A DNA stretch of 64,000 nucleotides from Acidimicrobiia bacterium (GTDB taxonomy: Bacteria > Actinomycetota > Acidimicrobiia > Spongiisociales > ZC4RG35): positions 736,001 to 800,000 of the forward strand of contig OZ244034.1 in the NCBI GenBank assembly GCA_965215185.1, given 5' to 3'. This document shows positions 11,211 through 21,597 of the stretch, piece by piece. The notes under the pieces were generated by a model that made no database searches, was not told where the DNA came from, and saw only the letters and a list, made by a program, of their open reading frames with translations. How positions within the stretch are numbered: position 1 is the first letter of the stretch; each line of letters starts with the position of its first letter. A program made the position numbers and the translations under genes.

Positions 11211-12182
11211 GTGACCGTAGCCACCCTCGAAATATCCCGCAAGCCTTCGGTGTTTCCCGCCGAAGAGCGAGCCGCCCTTGAGCCGCTCATCCAGGAGATC
11301 GAACAGCTCAAAGCGGATCGCAATGCACTGATCACCGCCCACAACTACATGACCCCCGATATCTATTACGGGGTGGCCGACCTGGTGGGGGACTCCCTGG
11401 CGTTGGCCCAGATGGCGGCTCGAAGCGACGCCGAAGTGATCCTGATGGCCGGCGTTCATTTCATGGCCGAGACCTCCAAGCTCTTAAACCCCGACGCCAC
11501 CGTGCTAATTCCGGATCTGCGGGCGGGGTGCTCTTTGGCCGAGGGAATCACCGCCCAGGATGTGCGGCGTCTCAAGGGTCTGTATCCGGGGACTCCGGTG
11601 GTCAGTTATGTGAACACCACTGCGGAAGTGAAGGCCGAGTCCGACATTTGTTGCACCTCGGGAAACGCAGTGGCTGTGGTCGAATCGCTGGAGACCGACC
11701 GGGTGATCTTTCTACCCGACGGGTTCCTGGGCCGGTATGTCGCCTCCCATACCGATGTGGAGATCATCATTTGGGAGGGAAGGTGCATCGTTCACGACCG
11801 GTTCAGTGGCCAGGAGTTGGAGGAATTTCGGCAGATGCTTCCCAATGTGCCGGTGATCGCCCATCCCGAGTGCGCCCCCGACGTTTTGGAGCAGGCCGAC
11901 TTCGTGGGATCTACCCACGGGATTGTGAACTGGGTGCGTGAGTTGCGGCCTCCCCAGGTGATGATGCTCACCGAATGCTCGATGGCCGACAACGTTGCAT
12001 ACGAGTTGGAGGGCGTGGAGATCTTACGGCCATGCAACCTTTGTCCTCACATGAAGAAGATCACGCTGGAGAACATAAGGCACTCGCTTTTGACCATGAC
12101 CCATGAGGTGGTGTTGGATCCCGAAATAGCCGCGCGGGCCCGGGTGTCGGTGGAGCGGATGCTTGAGGTGGGGCGCAGCTGA
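11211..12182 (+). CDS. nadA: Quinolinate synthase
   Basis: AHNY, GVHFMAET, AGCSLA, AHPEC, CPHM (Fe-S cysteines). Confidence 0.95.
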   Translation: MTVATLEISRKPSVFPAEERAALEPLIQEIEQLKADRNALITAHNYMTPDIYYGVADLVGDSLALAQMAARSDAEVILMAGVHFMAETSKLLNPDATVLIPDLRAGCSLAEGITAQDVRRLKGLYPGTPVVSYVNTTAEVKAESDICCTSGNAVAVVESLETDRVIFLPDGFLGRYVASHTDVEIIIWEGRCIVHDRFSGQELEEFRQMLPNVPVIAHPECAPDVLEQADFVGSTHGIVNWVRELRPPQVMMLTECSMADNVAYELEGVEILRPCNLCPHMKKITLENIRHSLLTMTHEVVLDPEIAARARVSVERMLEVGRS

Positions 12183-13021
12183 CCTATCCGGGAGACCTCC
12201 ATAACCTCTTGGAACGGGCCTTTTCGGAAGATCTGGGCACGGCGGGGGACCTAACCTCCTCAGCTCTCATCGACGAGAGTCAGATGGCGGTGGGGATACT
12301 GGTATTCAAGTCGGAGGGAAGGGTTGCGGGTCTCAGCGTGGCGGAGGCTGCTTTCCGCTTTCTGGACCAGCGGGTGGGTTTCGAGCCGATGACCACTGAT
12401 GGGACGGATTTAGGGGAAGGATCGCAGGTGGCGATGGTGAGCGGTCCGGCCCGCGGGATACTGTCGGCAGAGAGAGTGGCGCTCAACCTGTTGGGTCGCC
12501 TGTCGGGCATTGCCACGGCTACTCGTGACCTGGTGCGGGCGGTGGCCGGAACCCGAGCCCGGATCAGCGACACCCGCAAGACCACCCCCGGCTTGCGCCC
12601 CTGGGAGAAGGAAGCGGTCCGGGTTGGAGGGGGAATCAACCATCGCATGGGACTATGGGACGCGGTTCTGATCAAGGACAACCATCTAGCCCTACTGGAA
12701 GACGCGGCCCAAGCGGTGCGAACCGCCCGGGAGAAGACGGGGGGGAAGGTGCCAGTGGTGATCGAGGTCTCTGATCTGTCCCAACTCAAGGAGGTAGTGG
12801 AGGCCGGGCCCGATGTGATGTTGTTGGACAATATGCCTCCCGCGCAAATGACCGAGGCGGTGCGCCGTGTGGGAAATAGGTTGACCCTGGAGGCCAGCGG
12901 GGGAATCTCCTTGGCCAATGTCCGACAGGTGGCGGAGACCGGCGTGGACATCATCTCAACAGGCTGGATAACCCATTCGGCGCCGGTGGTAGATGTCAGT
13001 CTGCGGTTGTCCAGTGTCTGA
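12179..13021 (+). CDS. nadC: Nicotinate-nucleotide diphosphorylase (QAPRTase); start uncertain (CTG 12179 or TTG 12209)
   Basis: EDLG..GDLT, DTRKTTPG, NHRMGL, IKDNH, LLDN, EASGGI motifs. Confidence 0.93.
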   Translation: MTYPGDLHNLLERAFSEDLGTAGDLTSSALIDESQMAVGILVFKSEGRVAGLSVAEAAFRFLDQRVGFEPMTTDGTDLGEGSQVAMVSGPARGILSAERVALNLLGRLSGIATATRDLVRAVAGTRARISDTRKTTPGLRPWEKEAVRVGGGINHRMGLWDAVLIKDNHLALLEDAAQAVRTAREKTGGKVPVVIEVSDLSQLKEVVEAGPDVMLLDNMPPAQMTEAVRRVGNRLTLEASGGISLANVRQVAETGVDIISTGWITHSAPVVDVSLRLSSV

Positions 13022-14135
13022 GTCGCCCGTCGCTTCCACCGAGGCGTCCGGGTTGAAGATACGTTTGCGGGTGGTGATCCCCGCCCATGACGAGGAGACG
13101 GTTGTAGGTGCCCTGGTCACAGATCTCCGCGGTCAGGATTACCCCTCCACCGCCTACTCGATGTGGGTGTTGGCCGACCGGTGCGGGGACGACACGGCCG
13201 GGGTGGCAGTCGGGGCGGGGGCTCAGGTAGTGACTCGCACCCTTGGTCCGGACGGCAAGGGAGAACTCTTGAAGTGGTATCTATCCCATCATCCGTTGTC
13301 CGGGGACGAGGCGTTGGTGGTTTTGGACGCCGACAACCGGGTGGACAAGGATTTCTTGACCCGGTTGGCCGAGGGGTTGGAACGCAGTGGCGGTGTGGTG
13401 CAGGCTTCGGTGCTTCCCTCCAATCTCGACGCCTCCCCGATCGCCGCGGCTGCCGGGTTGGGTGATTGGATGGCCAGGGAGATGGTTTATAAGAAGATGG
13501 CAAAGCGGGGTTGGCCGATGGAACTGGGCGGGACTGGGTTCGCAGCAACCGCGGCTGTGCTATCCGAGGCTGGTGGTTGGAGCGGGTCGTTCACCGAGGA
13601 CCTCGATCTGACGGTCAGATTGTTGTTGGCGGGCCATCAGGTCAGGTACCTACCCGGGGCCAGGGTTTGGGATGAAAAGCCAGCCCGGCTCGGGACCGCC
13701 GTCGGGCAGCGAAGGAGGTGGGCGCAGGGCCGCACCGGGGTGCGTAGGACCTGGGGAGGGAAGCTATGGATGGCCGCCCTGAGGAAACGATCCTTGCCCA
13801 TGATGATCATGGCCCTGCGTCTGGCTGTTCCCGGGAGGTCTGTGCGGCTGCTGGGTACGTTCGCCCTGGGTCTTCTGTCCGTGATGTGGGAATGGAGTTT
13901 TCCATTCTCCTGGCCGGTCTGGACAGTGGTCGCCTTGTGGTTGGGTGGCCGTCCGCTGTGGGCTTTGTGGTCGGTTAGGGAAGTTCGTCCCTATTTGCGT
14001 TGGTATCCGCTCACCCTGATGTGGGGCTTTGTGTGGCTGTGGGTTCGATTGGGTCCCCGTCGGCGGGATTGGTATCACACACCCCATCATGGAAAGCGTT
14101 CGGACCGCCGGAAAAACCGCTACTCAAACCCCTAA
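13014..14135 (+). CDS. GT2 family glycosyltransferase with C-terminal TMs
   Basis: VVIPAHDE, DAD, TEDLD, QRRRW motifs; GTG 13014 overlaps nadC end. Confidence 0.88.
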   Translation: MSESPVASTEASGLKIRLRVVIPAHDEETVVGALVTDLRGQDYPSTAYSMWVLADRCGDDTAGVAVGAGAQVVTRTLGPDGKGELLKWYLSHHPLSGDEALVVLDADNRVDKDFLTRLAEGLERSGGVVQASVLPSNLDASPIAAAAGLGDWMAREMVYKKMAKRGWPMELGGTGFAATAAVLSEAGGWSGSFTEDLDLTVRLLLAGHQVRYLPGARVWDEKPARLGTAVGQRRRWAQGRTGVRRTWGGKLWMAALRKRSLPMMIMALRLAVPGRSVRLLGTFALGLLSVMWEWSFPFSWPVWTVVALWLGGRPLWALWSVREVRPYLRWYPLTLMWGFVWLWVRLGPRRRDWYHTPHHGKRSDRRKNRYSNP

Positions 14136-14143
14136 TTTGGGTT

Positions 14144-14172
14144 TTGTCTGGGGGGATCAAGGTGTATATACT
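14144..14172 (+). promoter_or_regulatory. Putative sigmaA promoter of the str operon
   Basis: TTGTCT-17 nt-TATACT upstream of rpsL. Confidence 0.6.
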
Positions 14173-14328
14173 TGCCCTTCGTGGTCGTAGTACCTCAAGC
14201 CGTCTCATAGGGGCTCTCCGCCTGACCCAGTACCGGAGTGTCCTCCGGGTGCGGTCCGAAACGCAGAAATAGGTAAAACGGTCTCTCCTGCGTGTGCGGG
14301 GTGATCGAAATTCCGGTGAAGGAAAGCA

Positions 14329-14700
14329 ATGCCGACGATCCAACAGTTGGTGCGCCGCGGGCGCAAACCAAAGAAGAAGAAAGTCAAGACAGCCGGTTTG
14401 GCCGGGGCTCCCCAGCGAAGGGGAGTATGCACCCGCGTCTACACCGTTACCCCCAAGAAGCCGAATTCGGCGATGCGTAAAGTGTGCCGGGTTAGGTTGT
14501 CGTCGGGCATTGAAGTGACTGCTTACATTCCCGGAGAAGGGCACAATCTTCAGGAGCACTCCATTGTGCTGGTGAGAGGCGGCCGGGTCCGTGACTTGCC
14601 GGGAGTTCGTTACAAGGTGATCCGCGGGACATTGGACGCGTCGGGGGTCTCCGAGCGTCGGCAGGCCCGTTCCCGCTATGGCGCGAGGAAAGGGCGATGA
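14329..14700 (+). CDS. rpsL: 30S ribosomal protein S12
   Basis: [23 protein letters not shown]. Confidence 0.98.
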   Translation: MPTIQQLVRRGRKPKKKKVKTAGLAGAPQRRGVCTRVYTVTPKKPNSAMRKVCRVRLSSGIEVTAYIPGEGHNLQEHSIVLVRGGRVRDLPGVRYKVIRGTLDASGVSERRQARSRYGARKGR

Positions 14701-15164
14701 GGAGATCAGCCGCCACCCCGCGGAAGATCGATCCCGATCCGGTGTTTCGCAATGTCCTGGTCAGCCAGGTCATCAACAAGGTGTTGTGGAAGGGAAAAAA
14801 GGATCTTGCCCGCCGGATCGTCTATTCGGCTTTGGAGCGGGTGGAACTGCGCACCCGCCAAGATCCGGTAAGCGTGCTGAAAAGGGCCATCGACAACCTC
14901 AAGCCTCAGATGGAGGTGCGGTCCCGACGAGTGGGAGGATCTTCCTACCAGGTGCCCGTGGATGTGCGTCCTGACCGGGCCAGTTGCCTGGCCATCCGGT
15001 GGTTGGTCGGTTACGCTCGCCGTCGGCGAGAGCCCACCATGGCGTTGCGGTTGGCCGGGGAGATACTCGATGCGGCTAATAACACCGGGTCTGCGTTCAA
15101 AAGACGCGAAGACATACACAAGATGGCGGAGTCCAACAAGGCTTTCGCCCACTACCGCTGGTAG
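14697..15164 (+). CDS. rpsG: 30S ribosomal protein S7
   Basis: [18 protein letters not shown]. Confidence 0.98.
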   Translation: MRRSAATPRKIDPDPVFRNVLVSQVINKVLWKGKKDLARRIVYSALERVELRTRQDPVSVLKRAIDNLKPQMEVRSRRVGGSSYQVPVDVRPDRASCLAIRWLVGYARRRREPTMALRLAGEILDAANNTGSAFKRREDIHKMAESNKAFAHYRW

Positions 15165-15174
15165 AGGTTTTGTT

Positions 15175-17289
15175 GTGGCTGCTGACCGGGAAAATCGTCT
15201 CCTGCGCATGCGCCAGGTGCCTCTGAGCCGCACCCGCAACATCGGCATCATGGCACATATCGACGCCGGCAAGACGACGCTCACTGAACGGATTCTCTAC
15301 TACACCGGTCGAAACTACAAGATCGGCGAGGTGCACGAGGGCGCCGCCACCATGGACTGGATGGCCCAGGAGCAGGAGCGGGGGATCACCATCACTTCGG
15401 CCGCCACCACCTGCATCTGGCACGACCACAGCATCAACATCATCGACACTCCCGGGCACGTTGACTTTACGGTCGAGGTGGAGCGAAGCCTGCGGGTATT
15501 GGACGGCGCGGTGGCGGTATTCGACGGAGTGGCGGGAGTTGAGCCGCAGTCAGAGACGGTTTGGCGCCAAGCCGACCGCTACCAGGTTCCCCGCATTTGC
15601 TTCATCAACAAGCTTGATCGGGTGGGGGCCGACTTCTTCGCGGATGTAGAGTCCATTCGCACCCGCCTGCAGGCCAAACCTCTGGTTCTTCAGCTTCCTG
15701 TGGGAGAGGAGAGCGGTTTTCGGGGAGTTGTCGATCTGGTGGAAATGCAGCTTCACGAGTGGCGGGGAGATGACGGCAAGCAGTGGGACACCGGGGAGAT
15801 TCCCGAGTCGATGCTGGACCTCGCCTACGAATACCGGGCACGGATGCTGGAACAAGTGGCTGAAGTGGATGAGAAGCTCCTTATCAAGTTCCTCGAAGAT
15901 TTGTACATCACCCCCGAGGAGATACGTGCGGCGATTCGGGTGGGTGTCTTGCAGCACATGTTTGTGCCGGTGCTATGCGGCGCGGCTTTCAAGAACAAAG
16001 GGGTCCAGCTGCTGCTGGACGCCATTGTCCATTACCTGCCCAGCCCGTTGGATCTTCCTGCGGTGCAAGGCTTCGCTCCCAAGAATCCCGAAGAGATCTT
16101 GGATCGCAAACCCCAGGACGACGAGCCCTTCTCGGCTTTGGCGTTCAAAATCATGACTGACCCCCATGTGGGCAAGCTCACCTACTTTCGGGTCTATTCG
16201 GGGTCGGCCTCCAAGGGCGGAGCGGTGCTCAACACCTCCAGCGGTAAAAAGGAGCGTTTGGGCCGGTTGCTTCGCATGCATGCCAACCGCCGCGAGGACA
16301 TCAATGACGTGTACGCGGGTGACATTGTGGCCGCGGTGGGACTGCACAGCACAACCACCGGAGACACGCTCTCCTCTATCCACGATCCCATCAGCCTGGA
16401 GTCCATGGCCTTTCCCGCTCCGGTGATCTGGGTAGCTATCGAGCCCCGCACTCGGGTCGACCAGGATAGGTTGTCCTCATCGCTTCAAAAGCTCTCCGAA
16501 GAGGATCCCACCTTCCTGGTGCGAAGCGATGAGGAGACCGGTCAGACCATCATCGCCGGAATGGGGGAGTTGCATTTGGAAGTGTTGGTGGATCGACTGG
16601 TCCGGGAGTTCAAAGTCGCCGCCAACATCGGTAAGCCGCAGGTCGCCTATCGGGAGACCATTGAATCGGAGTCGGGGAAGGTCGAAGGCCGCTACGTGCG
16701 ACAGAGTGGCGGCCGCGGTCAATACGGTCATGTGGTCATCGCCCTCGAGCCCACCGGCCCAGGAGGGGGTTACGAGTTCGTCAACAAGATCAGGGGGGGC
16801 CGTGTCCCTCGCGAATACATTCCGGCCGTGGCCGCCGGTATCGAGGAGGCTCTGGACGGCGGCTTCTTGGCCGGCTATCCGGTGGTGGATTTGAGGGTCA
16901 CCCTCCTTGACGGTTCGTATCACGATGTAGATTCTTCCGAGTTGGCCTTTCGGATAGCCGGGTCCATGGCAGTGCGCTCTGCCGCTAAGCAGGCGGGAAT
17001 GAAGCTGCTGGAACCGGTGATGGAAGTGGAAGTGGTCGCTCCCGAGGATTACATGGGAGATGTGATCGCTGATATTTCCTCGCGCCGAGGCCGAATCGAA
17101 GAAACCGATCAGCGGGGAACGTCTCGGATTATCACCGCAGCCGTGCCGCTGGGCGACATGTTCGGCTTTGCCACTGATATCCGTTCTCGGACACAGGGGC
17201 GAGCAACGTATACGATGCAGTTCAAGGCTTACCAAGATGTTCCAGCATCAATTTGTGAAGAGTTGCTTCACATGCGAACAGGTAAGTAA
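15175..17289 (+). CDS. fusA: Elongation factor G (start GTG 15175 or ATG 15208)
   Basis: [36 protein letters not shown]. Confidence 0.97.
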   Translation: MAADRENRLLRMRQVPLSRTRNIGIMAHIDAGKTTLTERILYYTGRNYKIGEVHEGAATMDWMAQEQERGITITSAATTCIWHDHSINIIDTPGHVDFTVEVERSLRVLDGAVAVFDGVAGVEPQSETVWRQADRYQVPRICFINKLDRVGADFFADVESIRTRLQAKPLVLQLPVGEESGFRGVVDLVEMQLHEWRGDDGKQWDTGEIPESMLDLAYEYRARMLEQVAEVDEKLLIKFLEDLYITPEEIRAAIRVGVLQHMFVPVLCGAAFKNKGVQLLLDAIVHYLPSPLDLPAVQGFAPKNPEEILDRKPQDDEPFSALAFKIMTDPHVGKLTYFRVYSGSASKGGAVLNTSSGKKERLGRLLRMHANRREDINDVYAGDIVAAVGLHSTTTGDTLSSIHDPISLESMAFPAPVIWVAIEPRTRVDQDRLSSSLQKLSEEDPTFLVRSDEETGQTIIAGMGELHLEVLVDRLVREFKVAANIGKPQVAYRETIESESGKVEGRYVRQSGGRGQYGHVVIALEPTGPGGGYEFVNKIRGGRVPREYIPAVAAGIEEALDGGFLAGYPVVDLRVTLLDGSYHDVDSSELAFRIAGSMAVRSAAKQAGMKLLEPVMEVEVVAPEDYMGDVIADISSRRGRIEETDQRGTSRIITAAVPLGDMFGFATDIRSRTQGRATYTMQFKAYQDVPASICEELLHMRTGK

Positions 17290-18516
17290 TACAGAAAAGG
17301 GGGTGTTTGGTTGTGGGTAAGGTGAGGTTTGAGCGGGTGAAGCCGCATTTGAATGTGGGGACTATGGGTCATATTGATCATGGGAAGACGACGTTGACGG
17401 CTGCGATTACGCGGGTGTTGTCTGAGCGGGTTGGTGGGAGGAATGTGTTTACTGGGTTTGATGATATTGATCGTGCTCCTGAGGAGCGTGAGCGTGGTAT
17501 TACGATTCAGATTGCGCATGTTGAGTATGAGACTGTGTTGCGTCATTATGCGCATGTGGATATGCCGGGGCATGCGGATTATATTAAGAATATGATTACG
17601 GGGGCGGCTCAGGTGGATGGGGCGGTGTTGGTGGTTTCGGCTGTGGATGGTCCGATGCCGCAGACGCGTGAGCATGTGTTGTTGGCGCGGCAGGTGGGTG
17701 TGCCGCGGATTGTGGTGTTTTTGAATAAGTGTGATTTGGTGGATGATGAGGAGTTGTTGGATTTGGTGGAGTTGGAGGTTCGGGATTTGTTGACGGAGTA
17801 TGAGTTTCCGGGTGATGATGTTCCGGTGGTGAGGGGTTCTGCTTTGCGGGCGTTGGAGGGTGATGTTGTGGCTGGTGATGGTGTGATGGAGTTGATGGGT
17901 GTGGTGGATGAGTATGTGGATATTCCGGTTCGGGATATGGAGCGTCCGTTTTTGATGCCGATTGAGGATGTGTTTTCGATTACTGGTCGGGGGACGGTGG
18001 TGACTGGTCGTGTGGAGCAGGGGGTGTTGAAGGTTGGTTCGGCTGTTGAGGTGGTGGGGTTGCGTGAGACGCGTGGTTCGGTGGCGACTGGTGTTGAGAT
18101 GTTTAGGAAGTTGTTGGATGAGGGTCGGGCTGGTGATAATGTGGGTGTGTTGTTGCGGGGGGTGGGTAAGAGTGAGGTGGAGCGTGGTCAGGTGTTGGCT
18201 GCTCCGGGTTCGATTTTGCCGCATGTGGGGTTTGAGGCGCAGGTGTATGTGTTGACTAAGGAGGAGGGGGGGCGGCATAATCCGTTTTTTTCGGGTTATC
18301 GTCCTCAGTTTTATTTTCGTACGACTGATGTGACGGGTTCGGTGGTGTTGCCGGGTGGTGTGCAGATGGTGATGCCGGGTGATAATGTGGAGTTGTCGGT
18401 GGAGTTGATTGCTCCGATTGCGATGACGGTGGGGTTGGATTTCGCGATTCGTGAGGGTGGTCGGACTGTGGGGGCGGGTCGGGTCACCAAAATCACCAAA
18501 TAACCCCCAAACCAAA
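17288..18516 (+). repeat. Copy 1 of 1,229-bp direct repeat (tuf plus short flanks), extreme G/T skew
   Basis: Matches 53269-54497 at a constant offset of 35,981 from AATACAGAAAAGGGGG to TAACCCCCAAACCAAA; sense and antisense translations identical. Confidence 0.95.
17313..18503 (+). CDS. tuf: Elongation factor Tu, copy 1 (str operon)
   Basis: [40 protein letters not shown]; GTG 17313 after SD AAGGGGGTG. Confidence 0.97.
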   Translation: MGKVRFERVKPHLNVGTMGHIDHGKTTLTAAITRVLSERVGGRNVFTGFDDIDRAPEERERGITIQIAHVEYETVLRHYAHVDMPGHADYIKNMITGAAQVDGAVLVVSAVDGPMPQTREHVLLARQVGVPRIVVFLNKCDLVDDEELLDLVELEVRDLLTEYEFPGDDVPVVRGSALRALEGDVVAGDGVMELMGVVDEYVDIPVRDMERPFLMPIEDVFSITGRGTVVTGRVEQGVLKVGSAVEVVGLRETRGSVATGVEMFRKLLDEGRAGDNVGVLLRGVGKSEVERGQVLAAPGSILPHVGFEAQVYVLTKEEGGRHNPFFSGYRPQFYFRTTDVTGSVVLPGGVQMVMPGDNVELSVELIAPIAMTVGLDFAIREGGRTVGAGRVTKITK

Positions 18517-18588
18517 AACTTTGTAAGAAGCAGACTTAGAAAACTAAAGACCAGAAAACCGGATAAGCGAGGACAGTAGAAGAGACCA

Positions 18589-18900
18589 ATGAACGGTTCC
18601 CAGAAGATCCGCATAAAGCTAAAGGCTTATGACCACCAGAGTGTGGATGAGTCGGCGCGCAAGATCGCTGCTACGGTCACTCGTACTCAGGCCAAGATCA
18701 AAGGTCCTATACCTTTGCCCACCGAGATTCATAGATACTGTGTTATTCGCGGACCCCACGTTGACAAAGACTCCCGGGAACATTTCGAGATGCGCATCCA
18801 CAAACGTCTGATTGATATTCTTGATCCGACCGCGAAAACGGTGGATTCATTAATGCGTCTTGACCTGCCTTCCGGGGTGGAAGTGGAGATAAAGCTGTGA
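18589..18900 (+). CDS. rpsJ: 30S ribosomal protein S10
   Basis: [23 protein letters not shown]. Confidence 0.98.
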   Translation: MNGSQKIRIKLKAYDHQSVDESARKIAATVTRTQAKIKGPIPLPTEIHRYCVIRGPHVDKDSREHFEMRIHKRLIDILDPTAKTVDSLMRLDLPSGVEVEIKL

Positions 18901-19535
18901 ACACCATCCTGGGAACCAAACTCGGTATGAGCCAGATCTTCAGTGAGGACGCTCGGGCTTTGCCGGTCACCGTCATCAAGGCGGGCCCATGCCGGGTGGT
19001 ACAGGTCAAAACCGCGGAGACGGACGGTTATGAAGCCGTTCAACTGGCGTTGGAAGTCAGTAAACCGGCCAAGGTGGGGAAGGCCTTGGCAGGACATTTC
19101 GCCAAAGCGGGTGTGGCTCCCTCTCCCCATTTAGTGGAGACGTTGGTGGACGACTCGGGAGCGTTCCAGCCAGGATCGACCATCAATGTGGACGAGATCT
19201 TTGAACCAGGTGTGCGCGCCGACGTCACCGGCGTCTCAAGAGGCAAGGGCTTCGCGGGCGTGATGAAGAGACACAATTTCTCAGGACTGTGCGCCTCTCA
19301 CGGGACCCACAAGAAACACCGTTCAGGAGGATCGATCGGCGCCTGCGCCACCCCCTCGCGGGTATTCAAGGGAAAGTCGATGCCCGGCCGGATGGGCTCC
19401 GAGCGCACCACTGTTTTGAACATCGAAGTGGTGAGGGTATTGGCCGAAGAAGGGCTTTTGCTGCTGAGGGGAGCGGTACCCGGACCCAAGGGCGGATTGG
19501 TGATGGTCCGAAAGGCGGTCAAGGCCGGTGGATGA
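18897..19535 (+). CDS. rplC: 50S ribosomal protein L3
   Basis: [19 protein letters not shown]. Confidence 0.97.
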   Translation: MNTILGTKLGMSQIFSEDARALPVTVIKAGPCRVVQVKTAETDGYEAVQLALEVSKPAKVGKALAGHFAKAGVAPSPHLVETLVDDSGAFQPGSTINVDEIFEPGVRADVTGVSRGKGFAGVMKRHNFSGLCASHGTHKKHRSGGSIGACATPSRVFKGKSMPGRMGSERTTVLNIEVVRVLAEEGLLLLRGAVPGPKGGLVMVRKAVKAGG

Positions 19536-20187
19536 ACTGACCGCCCCTCTCTACGACCCGCAGGGGTCCCTTTGTGGAGAGAAGCCGCTCGATCCCTCGG
19601 TATTCGGTGTGACTCCCAACCTGCCAGTGCTCCATCAAGTGGTCACCGCTCAAATGGCCGGCAAACGTTCAGGAACCGCTTCCACCAAGACCCGGGCGGA
19701 GGTGAGGGGCGGAGGTCGCAAGCCTTGGCGCCAAAAGGGGACCGGAAGGGCCCGGCACGGCTCGAGTCGTTCGCCGATATGGCGGGGAGGAGGAGTCTCC
19801 CACGGACCCAAGCCCCGTGATTACCATCAGCGCACGCCGGCCAAGATGCGTCGGCTTGCCCTGCGGGGCGCTCTTTCGGCCCGTGCTTCGGAGGGGGCCA
19901 TCTACGCGACTCTCCCTTGGGATTGGGAGGTTCCGCGTACCAAGGCGGCGGTGGCTTTCTTGGAGGCGATAGGTTTGTCGGCAAAGACGCTGCTGGTTTT
20001 GGAGCGGTTGGGCGGTGTGGAACATCGATCATTTCGCAACATTCCGGCAATAAGGATTATTGAGGCCCGGTATATAACTCCCTACGACGTGCTGTGGGCC
20101 AGGGATCTGGTGTTCTGCGGCGATTCTTTGGATATTGTCACCATGGTGGGCGCCGCGCAAGATACTGCGAAGGCCAAGGCTTCATGA
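19528..20187 (+). CDS. rplD: 50S ribosomal protein L4
   Basis: [23 protein letters not shown]. Confidence 0.97.
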   Translation: MDELTAPLYDPQGSLCGEKPLDPSVFGVTPNLPVLHQVVTAQMAGKRSGTASTKTRAEVRGGGRKPWRQKGTGRARHGSSRSPIWRGGGVSHGPKPRDYHQRTPAKMRRLALRGALSARASEGAIYATLPWDWEVPRTKAAVAFLEAIGLSAKTLLVLERLGGVEHRSFRNIPAIRIIEARYITPYDVLWARDLVFCGDSLDIVTMVGAAQDTAKAKAS

Positions 20188-20471
20188 AGTACCCTCACGA
20201 CGTGATTCTGGGACCGGTGGTCTCTGAGAAGTCTTTCGATCTGATCGAAACCTTCAACACCTATTCCTTTCTGGTTGACCCACGCTCCAACAAGACCGAG
20301 ATCCGTCAGTCGGTGGAAGCCATTTTCGAAGTGGATGTTCTCTCGGTCAACACCTACAACCGGCGGGGCAAGAGGAAGCGCACCCGTCGTATGCTCGGCA
20401 AGCGGAAGGACACCAAGCGGGCCTTGGTGACGCTGGCCGAGGGCGATTCCATCGATCTATTCGGGTTATAA
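20184..20471 (+). CDS. rplW: 50S ribosomal protein L23
   Basis: [17 protein letters not shown]; ATG 20184; operon position. Confidence 0.96.
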   Translation: MKYPHDVILGPVVSEKSFDLIETFNTYSFLVDPRSNKTEIRQSVEAIFEVDVLSVNTYNRRGKRKRTRRMLGKRKDTKRALVTLAEGDSIDLFGL

Positions 20472-20473
20472 AC

Positions 20474-21307
20474 ATGGCAGTAAAAAAACGCAAGCCCACA
20501 TCTGCGGGACGACGCTTTCAGACCGTCTCTGATTTTTCGGACATCACCAGCAGTAGCCCCGAGAAGTCACTGCTGGCTCCTCGGCCCTCCAAGGGGGGCC
20601 GGAACAGCTATGGTCGTGTCACCTCCCGTCACCGGGGCGGAGGCCACAAACGTCGCTACCGGGTCATTGATTTTCGAAGAACCAAAGATGGGATACCCGC
20701 CAAGGTGGCGGCCATCGAATACGACCCGAACCGCAACGCCCGTATCGCCCTGCTGCATTATGTGGACGGGGAAAAGCGCTACATACTGGCTCCGGTGGGA
20801 GTCGGGGTAGGGGACCGGATCAGTTCGGGTCCCAAGGCTGAGATCAGGCCGGGCAACGCCTTAGCTCTGCGCAACGTCCCGGCGGGAAGCACCGTTCACG
20901 CGGTGGAGATGCGTCCGGGCGGAGGCGCCAAAATGGCTCGGTCGGCCGGGGCGTCGGTCCAGTTGATGTCCAAGGAAGGCGGGATGGCTTTGCTCCGCTT
21001 GCCGTCCGGGGAGGTGCGCATGGTTCCATTGGATTGCCGGGCAACAATCGGCCAGGTGGGCAACACCGAGGCCGAGCTGGTAAAGCTTGGCAAAGCGGGA
21101 CGCAACCGCTGGAAGGGAGTGCGTCCTCAGACCAGGGGAGTGGCCATGAATCCCGTCGACCATCCCCTGGGAGGTGGGGAAGGCAAGTCTTCTGGTGGTA
21201 GGCCGCCGGTTAGCCCGTGGGGAAAGCCGGAGGGACGTACGCGTCGCAAGAACAAGCAGAGCAACAAGGACATTGTTCGCCGTCGTTACGCCAAAGGTCG
21301 GAGGTAG
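20474..21307 (+). CDS. rplB: 50S ribosomal protein L2
   Basis: [23 protein letters not shown]. Confidence 0.98.
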   Translation: MAVKKRKPTSAGRRFQTVSDFSDITSSSPEKSLLAPRPSKGGRNSYGRVTSRHRGGGHKRRYRVIDFRRTKDGIPAKVAAIEYDPNRNARIALLHYVDGEKRYILAPVGVGVGDRISSGPKAEIRPGNALALRNVPAGSTVHAVEMRPGGGAKMARSAGASVQLMSKEGGMALLRLPSGEVRMVPLDCRATIGQVGNTEAELVKLGKAGRNRWKGVRPQTRGVAMNPVDHPLGGGEGKSSGGRPPVSPWGKPEGRTRRKNKQSNKDIVRRRYAKGRR

Positions 21308-21309
21308 CC

Positions 21310-21597
21310 GTGGGTAGAAGTTTGAAGAAGGGCCCTTTCGTTGACGATCATCTCTTGGAGAAGGTCGAGGAACTCAATCAAGCTCGTCAAAAGAAAGTGA
21401 TCCGCACCTGGAGCCGACGTTCCACCGTGATTCCCGCCATGATTGGCCACACCATCGCCGTTCACGATGGGCGCCGCCACGTACCCGTTTATCTGACGGA
21501 GTCGATGGTCGGACACAAGCTGGGGGAATTCGCCCCCACCCGCACCTTTCGTAAGCATCCGGGCGGGAAACGGGACAAGGTGGTGAGAAAGCGGTGA
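21310..21597 (+). CDS. rpsS: 30S ribosomal protein S19
   Basis: [22 protein letters not shown]; GTG 21310. Confidence 0.97.
   Translation: MGRSLKKGPFVDDHLLEKVEELNQARQKKVIRTWSRRSTVIPAMIGHTIAVHDGRRHVPVYLTESMVGHKLGEFAPTRTFRKHPGGKRDKVVRKR

Noticed and set aside
13800-14070. G/T-rich stretch in the glycosyltransferase as a second skewed tract
   Set aside because: Explained by Trp/Val/Leu/Gly-rich TM segments; C-ending codons are still present.
17313-18503. tuf as a pseudogene or foreign gene
   Set aside because: Full length, GTPase motifs intact, SD present, and both copies sit in canonical tuf loci.
17313-18503. Transcription-associated deamination or leading-strand skew as the sole cause
   Set aside because: groEL, fusA and r-protein genes on the same strand keep many C-ending codons, and the polarity reverses within tuf.
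17268-18614. 448-aa His/Thr/Pro-rich antisense ORF over tuf (and the 725-aa one at 53243-55420)
   Set aside because: It is in codon register with tuf. G/T third positions make every antisense codon start with C or A, so stops are impossible. It is a by-product of the skew, and the two versions have unrelated N-termini.
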